Part shown: positions 1 to 12,848 of the stretch, piece by piece
Position numbering within the stretch: position 1 is the first letter of the stretch
Layout of the letters: each line of letters opens with the position of its first letter
NCBI GenBank assembly: GCA_964057225.1
Contig: CAXKVF010000072.1
Coordinates: 248,001 to 312,000 of the forward strand
Direction: 5' to 3'
DNA length: 64,000 nt
DNA from: Auanema rhodensis
Lineage: Eukaryota > Animalia > Nematoda
The notes under the pieces: model-generated
What the model saw: the letters and a program-made list of their open reading frames with translations, nothing else
Database searches by the model: none
What the model was told of the DNA's origin: nothing
Made by a program: the position numbers and the translations under genes

Positions 1-3000
1 ACCATGAACCAATATCAATAAAAATTTGTTTTTAGACTAATATGGACATGGGGAATCTAATTTTGAAAACCGCATCTCTTTATCTTTCACGTGAAGCGAG
101 TTACATACCAAGTGCACATCACGTGTACATTTAATTAGCATAAATTAAAGTTCACGTAAATTTCAAAGTCATGGTTACCATGAACCAATATCAATAAAAA
201 TTTGTTTTTAGACTAATATGGACATGGGGAATCTAATTTTGAAAACCGCATCTCTTTATCTTTCACGTGAAGCGAGTTACATACCAAGTGCACATCACGT
301 GTACATTTAATTAGCATAAATTAAAGTTCACGTAAATTTCAAAGTCATGGTTACCATGAAGCAATATCAATAAAAATTTGTTTTTAGACTAATATGGACA
401 TGGGGAATCTAATTTTGAAAACCGCATCTCTTTATCTTTCACGTGAAGCGAGTTACATACCAAGTGCACATCACGTGTACATTTAATTAGCATAAATTAA
501 AGTTCACGTAAAATTCAAAGTCATGGTTACCATGCACCAATATCAATAAAAATTTGTTTTTAGACTAATATGGACATGGGGAATCTAATTTTGAAAACCG
601 CATCTCTTTATCTTTCACGTGAAGCGAGTTACATACCAAGTGCACATCACGTGTACATTTAATTAGCATAAATTAAAGTTCACGTAAAATTCAAAGTCAT
701 GGTTACCATGCACCAATATCAATAAAAATTTGTTTTTAGACTAATATGGACATGGGGAATCTAATTTTGAAAACCGCATCTCTTTATCTTTCACGTGAAG
801 CGAGTTACATACCAAGTGCACATCACGTGTACATTTAATTAGCATAAATTAAAGTTCACGTAAATTTCAAAGTCATGGTTACCATGAACCAATATCAATA
901 AAAATTTGTTTTTAGACTAATATGGACATGGGGAATCTAATTTTGAAAACCGCATCTCTTTATCTTTCACGTGAAGCGAGTTACATACCAAGTGCACATC
1001 ACGTGTACATTTAATTAGCATAAATTAAAGTTCACGTAAAATTCAAAGTCATGGTTACCATGAAGCAATATCAATAAAAATTTGTTTTTAGACTAATATG
1101 GACATGGGGAATCTAATTTTGAAAACCGCATCTCTTTATCTTTCACGTGAAGCGAGTTACATACCAAGTGCACATCACGTGTACATTTAATTAGCATAAA
1201 TTAAAGTTCACGTAAATTTCAAAGTCATGGTTACCATGCACCAATATCAATAAAAATTTGTTTTTAGACTAATATGGACATGGGGAATCTAATTTTGAAA
1301 ACCGCATCTCTTTATCTTTCACGTGAAGCGAGTTACATACCAAGTGCACATCACGTGTACATTTAATTAGCATAAATTAAAGTTCACGTAAATTTCAAAG
1401 TCATGGTTACCATGAACCAATATCAATAAAAATTTGTTTTTAGACTAATATGGACATGGGGAATCTAATTTTGAAAACCGCATCTCTTTATCTTTCACGT
1501 GAAGCGAGTTACATACCAAGTGCACATCACGTGTACATTTAATTAGCATAAATTAAAGTTCACGTAAATTTCAAAGTCATGGTTACCATGAACCAATATC
1601 AATAAAAATTTGTTTTTAGACTAATATGGACATGGGGAATCTAATTTTGAAAACCGCATTTCTTTATCTTTCACGTGAAGCGAGTTACATACCAAGTGCA
1701 CATCACGTGTACATTTAATTAGCATAAATTAAAGTTCACGTAAATTTCAAAGTCATGGTTACCATGCACCAATATCAATAAAAATTTGTTTTTAGACTAA
1801 TATGGACATGGGGAATCTAATTTTGAAAACCGCATCTCTTTATCTTTCACGTGAAGCGAGTTACATACCAAGTGCACATCACGTGTACATTTAATTAGCA
1901 TAAATTAAAGTTCACGTAAATTTCAAAGTCATGGTTACCATGAACCAATATCAATAAAAATTTGTTTTTAGACTAATATGGACATGGGGAATCTAATTTT
2001 GAAAACCGCATCTCTTTATCTTTCACGTGAAGCGAGTTACATACCAAGTGCACATCACGTGTACATTTAATTAGCATAAATTAAAGTTCACGTAAATTTC
2101 AAAGTCATGGTTACCATGCACCAATATCAATAAAAATTTGTTTTTAGACTAATATGGACATGGGGAATCTAATTTTGAAAACCGCATCTCTTTATCTTTC
2201 ACGTGAAGCGAGTTACATACCAAGTGCACATCACGTGTACATTTAATTAGCATAAATTAAAGTTCACGTAAATTTCAAAGTCATGGTTACCTTGCACCAA
2301 TATCAATAAAAATTTGTTTTTAGACTAATATGGACATGGGGAATCTAATTTTGAAAACCGCATCTCTTTATCTTTCACGTGAAGCGAGTTACATACCAAG
2401 TGCACATCACGTGTACATTTAATTAGCATAAATTAAAGTTCACGTAAATTTCAAAGTCATGGTTACCATGAACCAATATCAATAAAAATTTGTTTTTAGA
2501 CTAATATGGACATGGGGAATCTAATTTTGAAAACCGCATCTCTTCATCTTTCACGTGAAGCGAGTTACATACCAAGTGCACATCACGTGTACATTTAATT
2601 AGCATAAATTAAAGTTCACGTAAATTTCAAAGTCATGGTTACCATGCACCAATATCAATAAAAATTTGTTTTTAGACTAATATGGACATGGGGAATCAAA
2701 TTTTGAAAACCGCATCTCTTTATCTTTCACGTGAAGCGAGTTACATACCAAGTGCACATCACGTGTACATTTAATTAGCATAAATTAAAGTTCACGTAAA
2801 ATTCAAAGTCATGGTTACCATGAACCAATATCAATAAAAATTTGTTTTTAGACTAATATGGACATGGGGAATCTAATTTTGAAAACCGCATCTCTTTATC
2901 TTTCACGTGAAGCGAGTTACATACCAAGTGCACATCACGTGTACATTTAATTAGCATAAATTAAAGTTCACGTAAATTTCAAAGTCATGGTTACCATGAA

Positions 3001-6000
3001 CCAATATCAATAAAAATTTGTTTTTAGACTAATATGCACATGGGGAATCTAATTTTGAAAACCGCTTCTCTTTATCTTTCACGTGAAGCGAGTTACATAC
3101 CAAGTGCACATCACGTGTACATTTAATTAGCATAAATTAAAGTTCACGTAAATTTCAAAGTCATGGTTACCATGAACCAATATCAATAAAAATTTGTTTT
3201 TAGACTAATATGGACATGGGGAATCTAATTTTGAAAACCGCATCTCTTTATCTTTCACGTGAAGCGAGTTACATACCAAATGCACATCACGTGTACATTT
3301 AATTAGCATAAATTAAAGTTCACGTAAATTTCAAAGTCATGGTTACCATGAAGCAATATCAATAAAAATTTGTTTTTAGACTAATATGGACATGGGGAAT
3401 CTAATTTTGAAAACCGCTTCTCTTTATCTTTCACGTGAAGCGAGTTACATACCAAGTGCACATCACGTGTACATTTAATTAGCATAAATTAAAGTTCACG
3501 TAAATTTCAAAGTCATGGTTACCATGAAGCAATATCAATAAAAATTTGTTTTTAGACTAATATGGACATGAAGAATCTAATTTTGAAAACCGCATCTCTT
3601 TATCTTTCACGTGAAGCGAGTTACATACCAAGTGCACATCACGTGTACATTTAATTAGCATAAATTAAAGTTCACGTAAATTTCAAAGTCATGGTTACCA
3701 TGAACCAATATCAATAAAAATTTGTTTTTAGACTAATATGGACATGGGGAATCTAATTTTGAAAACCGCATCTCTTTATCTTTCACGTGAAGCGAGTTAC
3801 ATACCAAGTGCACATCACGTGTACATTTAATTAGCATAAATTAAAGTTCACGTAAATTTCAAAGTCATGGTTACCATGCACCAATATCAATAAAAATTTG
3901 TTTTTAGACTAATATGGACATGGGGAATCTAATTTTGAAAACCGCATCTCTTTATCTTTCACGTGAAGCGAGTTACATACCAAGTGCACATCACGTGTAC
4001 ATTTAATTAGCATAAATTAAAGTTCACGTAAATTTCAAAGTCATGGTTACCATGAACCAATATCAATAAAAATTTGTTTTTAGACTAATATGGACATGAG
4101 GAATCTAATTTTGAAAACCGCATCTCTTTATCTTTCACGTGAAGCGAGTTACATACCAAGTGCACATCACGTGTACATTTAATTAGCATAAATTAAAGTT
4201 CACGTAAATTTCAAAGTCATGGTTACCATGAACCAATATCAATAAAAATTTGTTTTTAGACTAATATGGACATGGGGAATCTAATTTTGAAAACCGCATC
4301 TCTTTATCTTTCACGTGAAGCGAGTTACATACCAAGTGCACATCACGTGTACATTTAATTAGCATAAATTAAAGTTCACGTAAATTTCAAAGTCATGGTT
4401 ACCATGAAGCAATATCAATAAAAATTTGTTTTTAGACTAATATGGACATGGGGAATCTAATTTTGAAAACCGCTTCTCTTTATCTTTCACGTGAAGCGAG
4501 TTACATACCAAGTGCACATCACGTGTACATTTAATTAGCATAAATTAAAGTTCACGTAAATTTCAAAGTCATGGTTACCATGAAGCAATATCAATAAAAA
4601 TTTGTTTTTAGACTAATATGGACATGAAGAATCTAATTTTGAAAACCGCATCTCTTTATCTTTCACGTGAAGCGAGTTACATACCAAGTGCACATCACGT
4701 GTACATTTAATTAGCATAAATTAAAGTTCACGTAAATTTCAAAGTCATGGTTACCATGAACCAATATCAATAAAAATTTGTTTTTAGACTAATATGGACA
4801 TGGGGAATCTAATTTTGAAAACCGCATCTCTTTATCTTTCACGTGAAGCGAGTTACATACCAAGTGCACATCACGTGTACATTTAATTAGCATAAATTAA
4901 AGTTCACGTAAATTTCAAAGTCATGGTTACCATGAACCAATATCAATAAAAATTTGTTTTTAGACTAATATGGACATGGGTAATCTAATTTTGAAAACCG
5001 CATCTCTTTATCTTTCACGTGAAGCGAGTTACATACCAAGTGCACATCACGTGTACATTTAATTAGCATAAATTAAAGTTCACGTAAATTTCAAAGTCAT
5101 GGTTACCATGAACCAATATCAATAAAAATTTGTTTTTAGACTAATATGGACATGAGGAATCTAATTTTGAAAACCGCATCTCTTTATCTTTCACGTGAAG
5201 CGAGTTACATACCAAGTGCACATCACGTGTACATTTAATTAGCATAAATTAAAGTTCACGTAAATTTCAAAGTCATGGTTACCATGAACCAATATCAATA
5301 AAAATTTGTTTTTAGACTAATATGGACATGGGGAATCTAATTTTGAAAACCGCATCTCTTTATCTTTCACGTGAAGCGAGTTACATACCAAGTGCACATC
5401 ACGTGTACATTTAATTAGCATAAATTAAAGTTCACGTAAATTTCAAAGTCATGGTTACCATGAAGCAATATCAATAAAAATTTGTTTTTAGACTAATATG
5501 GACATGGGGAATCTAATTTTGAAAACCGCTTCTCTTTATCTTTCACGTGAAGCGAGTTACATACCAAGTGCACATCACGTGTACATTTAATTAGCATAAA
5601 TTAAAGTTCACGTAAATTTCAAAGTCATGGTTACCATGAAGCAATATCAATAAAAATTTGTTTTTAGACTAATATGGACATGAAGAATCTAATTTTGAAA
5701 ACCGCATCTCTTTATCTTTCACGTGAAGCGAGTTACATACCAAGTGCACATCACGTGTACATTTAATTAGCATAAATTAAAGTTCACGTAAATTTCAAAG
5801 TCATGGTTACCATGAACCAATATCAATAAAAATTTGTTTTTAGACTAATATGGACATGGGGAATCTAATTTTGAAAACCGCATCTCTTTATCTTTCACGT
5901 GAAGCGAGTTACATACCAAGTGCACATCACGTGTACATTTAATTAGCATAAATTAAAGTTCACGTAAATTTCAAAGTCATGGTTACCATGAACCAATATC

Positions 6001-9000
6001 AATAAAAATTTGTTTTTAGACTAATATGGACATGGGTAATCTAATTTTGAAAACCGCATCTCTTTATCTTTCACGTGAAGCGAGTTACATACCAAGTGCA
6101 CATCACGTGTACATTTAATTAGCATAAATTAAAGTTCACGTAAATTTCAAAGTCATGGTTACCATGCACCAATATCAATAAAAATTTGTTTTTAGACTAA
6201 TATGGACATGGGGAATCTAATTTTGAAAACCGCATCTCTTTATCTTTCACGTGAAGCGAGTTACATACCAAGTGCACATCACGTGTACATTTAATTAGCA
6301 TAAATTAAAGTTCACGTAAATTTCAAAGTTATGGTTATCATGCACCAATATCAATAAAAATTTGTTTTTAGACTAATATGGACATGGGGAATCTAATTTT
6401 GAAAACCGCATCTCTTTATCTTTCACGTGAAGCGAGTTACATACCAAGTGCACATCACGTGTACATTTAATTAGCATAAATTAAAGTTCACGTAAATTTC
6501 AAAGTCATGGTTACCATGAACCAATATCAATAAAAATTTGTTTTTAGACTAATATGGACATGGGGAATCTAATTTTGAAAACCGCATCTCTTTATCTTTC
6601 ACGTGAAGCGAGTTACATACCAAGTGCACATCACGTGTACATTTAATTAGCATAAATTAAAGTTCACGTAAATTTCAAAGTCATGGTTACCATGAACCAA
6701 TATCAATAAAAAATTGTTTTTAGACTAATATGCACATGGGGAATCTAATTTTGAAAACCGCATCTCTTTATCTTTCACGTGAAGCGAGTTACATACCAAG
6801 TGCACATCACGTGTACATTTAATTAGCATAAATTAAAGTTCACGTAAATTTCAAAGTCATGGTTACCATGAAGCAATATCAATAAAAATTTGTTTTTAGA
6901 CTAATATGGACATGGGGAATCTAATTTTGAAAACCGCTTCTCTTTATCTTTCACGTGAAGCGAGTTACATACCAAGTGCACATCACGTGTACATTTAATT
7001 AGCATAAATTAAAGTTCACGTAAATTTCAAAGTCATGGTTACCATGAAGCAATATCAATAAAAATTTGTTTTTAGACTAATATGGACATGAAGAATCTAA
7101 TTTTGAGAACCGCATCTCTTTATCTTTCACGTTAAGCGAGTTACATACCAAGTGCACATCACGTGTACATTTAATTAGCATAAATTAAAGTTCACGTAAA
7201 TTTCAAAGTCAAGGTTACCATGAACCAATATCAATAAAAATTTGTTTTTAGACTAATATGGACATGGGGAATCTAATTTTGAAAACCGCATCTCTTTATC
7301 TTTCACGTGAAGCGAGTTACATACCAACTGCACATCACGTGTACATTTAATTAGCATAAATTAAAGTTCACGTAAATTTCAAAGTCATGGTTACCATGAA
7401 CCAATATCAATAAAAAATTGTTTTTAGACTAATATGCACATGGGGAATCTAATTTTGAAAACCGCATCTCTTTATCTTTCACGTGAAGCGAGTTACATAC
7501 CAAGTGCACATCACGTGTACATTTAATTAGCATAAATTAAAGTTCACGTAAATTTCAAAGTCAAGGTTACCATGAACCAATATCAATAAAAATTTGTTTT
7601 TAGACTAATATGGACATGGGGAATCTAATTTTGAAAACCGCATCTCTTTATCTTTCACGTGAAGCGAGTTACATACCAACTGCACATCACGTGTACATTT
7701 AATTAGCATAAATTAAAGTTCACGTAAATTTCAAAGTCATGGTTACCATGAACCAATATCAATAAAAATTTGTTTTTAGACTAATATGGACATGGGGAAT
7801 CTAATTTTGAAAACCGCATCTCTTTATCTTTCACGTGAAGCGAGTTACATACCAAGTGCACATCACGTGTACATTTAATTAGCATAAATTAAAGTTCACG
7901 TAAATTTCAAAGTCATGGTTACCATGAAGCAATATCAATAAAAATTTGTTTTTAGACTAATATGGACATGGGGAATCTAATTTTGAAAACCGCTTCTCTT
8001 TATCTTTCACGTGAAGCGAGTTACATACCAAGTGCACATCACGTGTACATTTAATTAGCATAAATTAAAGTTCACGTAAATTTCAAAGTCATGGTTACCA
8101 TGAAGCAATATCAATAAAAATTTGTTTTTAGACTAATATGGACATGAAGAATCTAATTTTGAAAACCGCATCTCTTTATCTTTCACGTGAAGCGAGTTAC
8201 ATACCAAGTGCACATCACGTGTACATTTAATTAGCATAAATTAAAGTTCACGTAAATTTCAAAGTCAAGGTTACCATGAACCAATATCAATAAAAATTTG
8301 TTTTTAGACTAATATGGACATGGGGAATCTAATTTTGAAAACCGCATCTCTTTATCTTTCACGTGAAGCGAGTTACATACCAACTGCACATCACGTGTAC
8401 ATTTAATTAGCATAAATTAAAGTTCACGTAAATTTCAAAGTCATGGTTACCATGAACCAATATCAATAAAAAATTGTTTTTAGACTAATATGCACATGGG
8501 GAATCTAATTTTGAAAACCGCATCTCTTTATCTTTCACGTGAAGCGAGTTACATACCAAGTGCACATCACGTGTACATTTAATTAGCATAAATTAAAGTT
8601 CACGTAAATTTCAAAGTCATGGTTACCATGAACCAATATCAATAAAAATTTGTTTTTAGACTAATATGGACATGGGGAATCTAATTTTGAAAACCGCATC
8701 TCTTTATCTTTCACGTGAAGCGAGTTACATACCAAGTGCACATCACGTGTACATTTAATTAGCATAAATTAAAGTTCACGTAAATTTCAAAGTCATGGTT
8801 ACCATGAAGCAATATCAATAAAAATTTGTTTTTAGACTAATATGGACATGGGGAATCTAATTTTGAAAACCGCTTCTCTTTATCTTTCACGTGAAGCGAG
8901 TTACATACCAAGTGCACATCACGTGTACATTTAATTAGCATAAATTAAAGTTCACGTAAATTTCAAAGTCATGGTTACCATGAAGCAATATCAATAAAAA

Positions 9001-12000
9001 TTTGTTTTTAGACTAATATGGACATGAAGAATCTAATTTTGAAAACCGCATCTCTTTATCTTTCACGTGAAGCGAGTTACATACCAAGTGCACATCACGT
9101 GTACATTTAATTAGCATAAATTAAAGTTCACGTAAATTTCAAAGTCAAGGTTACCATGAACCAATATCAATAAAAATTTGTTTTTAGACTAATATGGACA
9201 TGGGGAATCTAATTTTGAAAACCGCATCTCTTTATCTTTCACGTGAAGCGAGTTACATACCAAGTGCACATCACGTGTACATTTAATTAGCATAAATTAA
9301 AGTTCACGTAAATTTCAAAGTCATGGTTACCATGAACCAATATCAATAAAAATTTGTTTTTAGACTAATATGGACATGGGTAATCTAATTTTGAAAACCG
9401 CATCTCTTTATCTTTCACGTGAAGCGAGTTACATACCAAGTGCACATCACGTGTACATTTAATTAGCATAAATTAAAGTTCACGTAAATTTCAAAGTCAT
9501 GGTTACCATGCACCAATATCAATAAAAATTTGTTTTTAGACTAATATGGACATGGGGAATCTAATTTTGAAAACCGCATCTCTTTATCTTTCACGTGAAG
9601 CGAGTTACATACCAAGTGCACATCACGTGTACATTTAATTAGCATAAATTAAAGTTCACGTAAATTTCAAAGTCATGGTTACCATGAACCAATATCAATA
9701 AAAATTTGTTTTTAGACTAATATGGACATGGGGAATCTAATTTTGAAAACCGCATCTCTTTATCTTTCACGTGAAGCGAGTTACATACCAAGTGCACATC
9801 ACGTGTACATTTAATTAGCATAAATTAAAGTTCACGTAAATTTCAAAGTCATGGTTACCATGAACCAATATCAATAAAAATTTGTTTTTAGACTAATATG
9901 GACATGGGTAATCTAATTTTGAAAACCGCATCTCTTTATCTTTCACGTGAAGCGAGTTACATACCAAGTGCACATCACGTGTACATTTAATTAGCATAAA
10001 TTAAAGTTCACGTAAATTTCAAAGTCATGGTTACCATGCACCAATATCAATAAAAATTTGTTTTTAGACTAATATGGACATGGGGAATCTAATTTTGAAA
10101 ACCGCATCTCTTTATCTTTCACGTGAAGCGAGTTACATACCAAGTGCACATCACGTGTACATTTAATTAGCATAAATTAAAGTTCACGTAAATTTCAAAG
10201 TCATGGTTACCATGCACCAATATCAATAAAAATTTGTTTTTAGACTAATATGGACAGGGGGAATCTAATTTTGAAAACCGCATCTCTTTATCTTTCACGT
10301 GAAGCGAGTTACATACCAAGTGCACATCACGTGTACATTTAATTAGCATAAATTAAAGTTCACGTAAATTTCAAAGTCATGGTTACCATGAACCAATATC
10401 AATAAAAATTTGTTTTTAGACTAATATGGACTTGGGGAATCTAATTTTGAAAACCGCATCTCTTTATCTTTCACGTGAAGCGAGTTACATACCAAGTGCA
10501 CATCACGTGTACATTTAATTAGCATAAATTAAAGTTCACGTAAATTTCAAAGTCATGGTTACCATGAACCAATATCAATAAAAATTTGTTTTTAGACTAA
10601 TATGGACATGGGGAATCTAATTTTGAAAACCGCATCTCTTTATCTTTCACGTGAAGCGAGTTACATACCAAGTGCACATCACGTGTACATTTAATTAGCA
10701 TAAATTAAAGTTCACGTAAATTTCAAAGTCATGGTTACCATGAAGCAATATCAATAAAAATTTGTTTTTAGACTAATATGGACATGGGGAATCTAATTTT
10801 GAAAACCGCATCTCTTTATCTTTCACGTGAAGCGAGTTACATACCAAGTGCACATCACGTGTACATTTAATTAGCATAAATTAAAGTTCACGTAAATTTC
10901 AAAGTCATGGTTACCATGAACCAATATCAATAAAAATTTGTTTTTAGACTAATATGGACATGGGGAATCTAATTTTGAAAACCGCATCTCTTTATCTTTC
11001 ACGTGAAGCGAGTTACATACCAAGTGCACATCACGTGTACATTTAATTAGCATAAATTAAAGTTCACGTAAATTTCAAAGTCATGGTTACCATGAAGCAA
11101 TATCAATAAAAATTTGTTTTTAGACTAATATGGACATGGGGAATCTAATTTTGAAAACCGCATCTCTTTATCTTTCACGTGAAGCGAGTTACATACCAAG
11201 TGCACATCACGTGTACATTTAATTAGCATAAATTAAAGTTCACGTAAATTTCAAAGTCATGGTTACCATGAAGCAATATCAATAAAAATTTGTTTTTAGA
11301 CTAATATGGACATGGGGAATCTAATTTTGAAAACCGCATTTCTTTATCTTTCACGTGAAGCGAGTTACATACCAAGTGCACATCACGTGTACATTTAATT
11401 AGCATAAATTAAAGTTCACGTAAATTTCAAAGTCATGGTTACCATGAAGCAATATCAATAAAAATTTGTTTTTAGACTAATATGGACATGGGGAATCTAA
11501 TTTTGAAAACCGCATATCTTTATCTTTCACGTGAAGCGAGTTACATACCAAGTGCACATCACGTGTACATTTAATTAGCATAAATTAAAGTTCACGTAAA
11601 ATTTAAAGTCATGGTTACCATGAAGCAATATCAATAAAAATTTGTTTTTAGACTAATATGGACATGGGGAATCTAATTTTGAAAACCGCATCTCTTTATC
11701 TTTCACGTGAAGCGAGTTACATACCAAGTGCACATCACGTGTACATTTAATTAGCATAAATTAAAGTTCACGTAAATTTCAAAGTCATGGTTACCATGAA
11801 CCAATATCAATAAAAATTTGTTTTTAGACTAATATGGACATGGGGAATCTAATTTTGAAAACCGCATCTCTTTATCTTTCACGTGAAGCGAGTTACATAC
11901 CAAGTGCACATCACGTGTACATTTAATTAGCATAAATTAAAGTTCACGTAAATTTCAAAGTCATGGTTACTATGAAGCAATATCAATAAAAATTTGTTTT

Positions 12001-12848
12001 TAGACTAATATGGACATGGGGAATCTAATTTTGAAAACCGCATCTCTTTATCTTTCACGTGAAGCGAGTTACATACCAAGTGCACATCACGTGTACATTT
12101 AATTAGCATAAATTAAAGTTCACGTAAATTTCAAAGTCATGGTTACCATGCACCAATATCAATAAAAATTTGTTTTTAGACTAATATGGACATGGGGAAT
12201 CTAATTTTGAAAACCGCATCTCTTTATCTTTCACGTGAAGCGAGTTACATACCAAGTGCACATCACGTGTACATTTAATTAGCATAAATTTAAGTTCACG
12301 TAAATTTCAAAGTCATGGTTACCATGCACCAATATCAATAAAAATTTGTTTTTAGACTAATATGGACATGGGGGATCTAATTTCGAAAACCGCATCTCTT
12401 TATCTTTCACGTGAAGCGAGTTACATACCAAGTGCACATCACGTGTACATTTAATTAGCATAAATTAAAGTTCACGTAAATTTCAAAGTCATGGTTACCA
12501 TGAACCAATATCAATAAAAATTTGTTTTTAGACTAATATGGACATGGGTAATCTAATTTTGAAAACCGCATCTCTTTATCTTTCACGTGAAGCGAGTTAC
12601 ATACCAAGTGCACATCACGTGTACATTTAATTAGCATAAATTAAAGTTCACGTAAATTTCAAAGTCATGGTTACCATGCACCAATATCAATAAAAATTTG
12701 TTTTTAGACTAATATGGACATGGGGAATCTAATTTTGAAAACCGCATCTCTTTATCTTTCACGTGAAGCGAGTTACATACCAAGTGCACATCACGTGTAC
12801 ATTTAATTAGCATAAATTAAAGTTCACGTAAATTTCAAAGTCATGGTT

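Noticed and set aside
17-22. AATAAA polyadenylation-like signal
   Set aside because: Expected by chance in 68% AT sequence, and there is no gene context.
42-134. 30-codon ORF in each monomer (MDMGNLILKTASLYLSREASYIPSAHHVYI*); the 9-bp deletion is in frame and two common variants (p53T, p74T) are synonymous
   Set aside because: Only about 6 of ~32 alleles in the ORF are synonymous, near neutral expectation. One allele (p93T, M41) is a stop and M119 frameshifts it. There is no recognisable domain, and 176 is not a multiple of 3, so no read-through repeat protein is possible.
1-176. Identity with known 176-bp satellites (Brassica CentBr, honey bee AluI family)
   Set aside because: Only the length matches. 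The consensus has no HindIII (AAGCTT) or AluI (AGCT) site, and I do not recognise the sequence. A BLAST search is needed.
1-176. Tandem 5S rRNA, tRNA, snRNA or spliced-leader gene array, or telomeric repeat
   Set aside because: No recognisable RNA gene sequence, Pol III A/B/C boxes or TTAGG/TTAGGG/TTTAGGG repeats on either strand.
118-176. Budding-yeast point centromere (CDEI followed by AT-rich DNA)
   Set aside because: ATCACGTG matches CDEI, but there is no ~80-bp >90% AT CDEII or recognisable CDEIII, and point centromeres are not tandem arrays. Only the motif is retained, as a finding.
12381-12397. CENP-B box-like TTCG created by the p64C variant
   Set aside because: TTCGAAAACCGCATC does not fit the TTCG-N4-A-N2-CGGG core, and the variant is in only two monomers.
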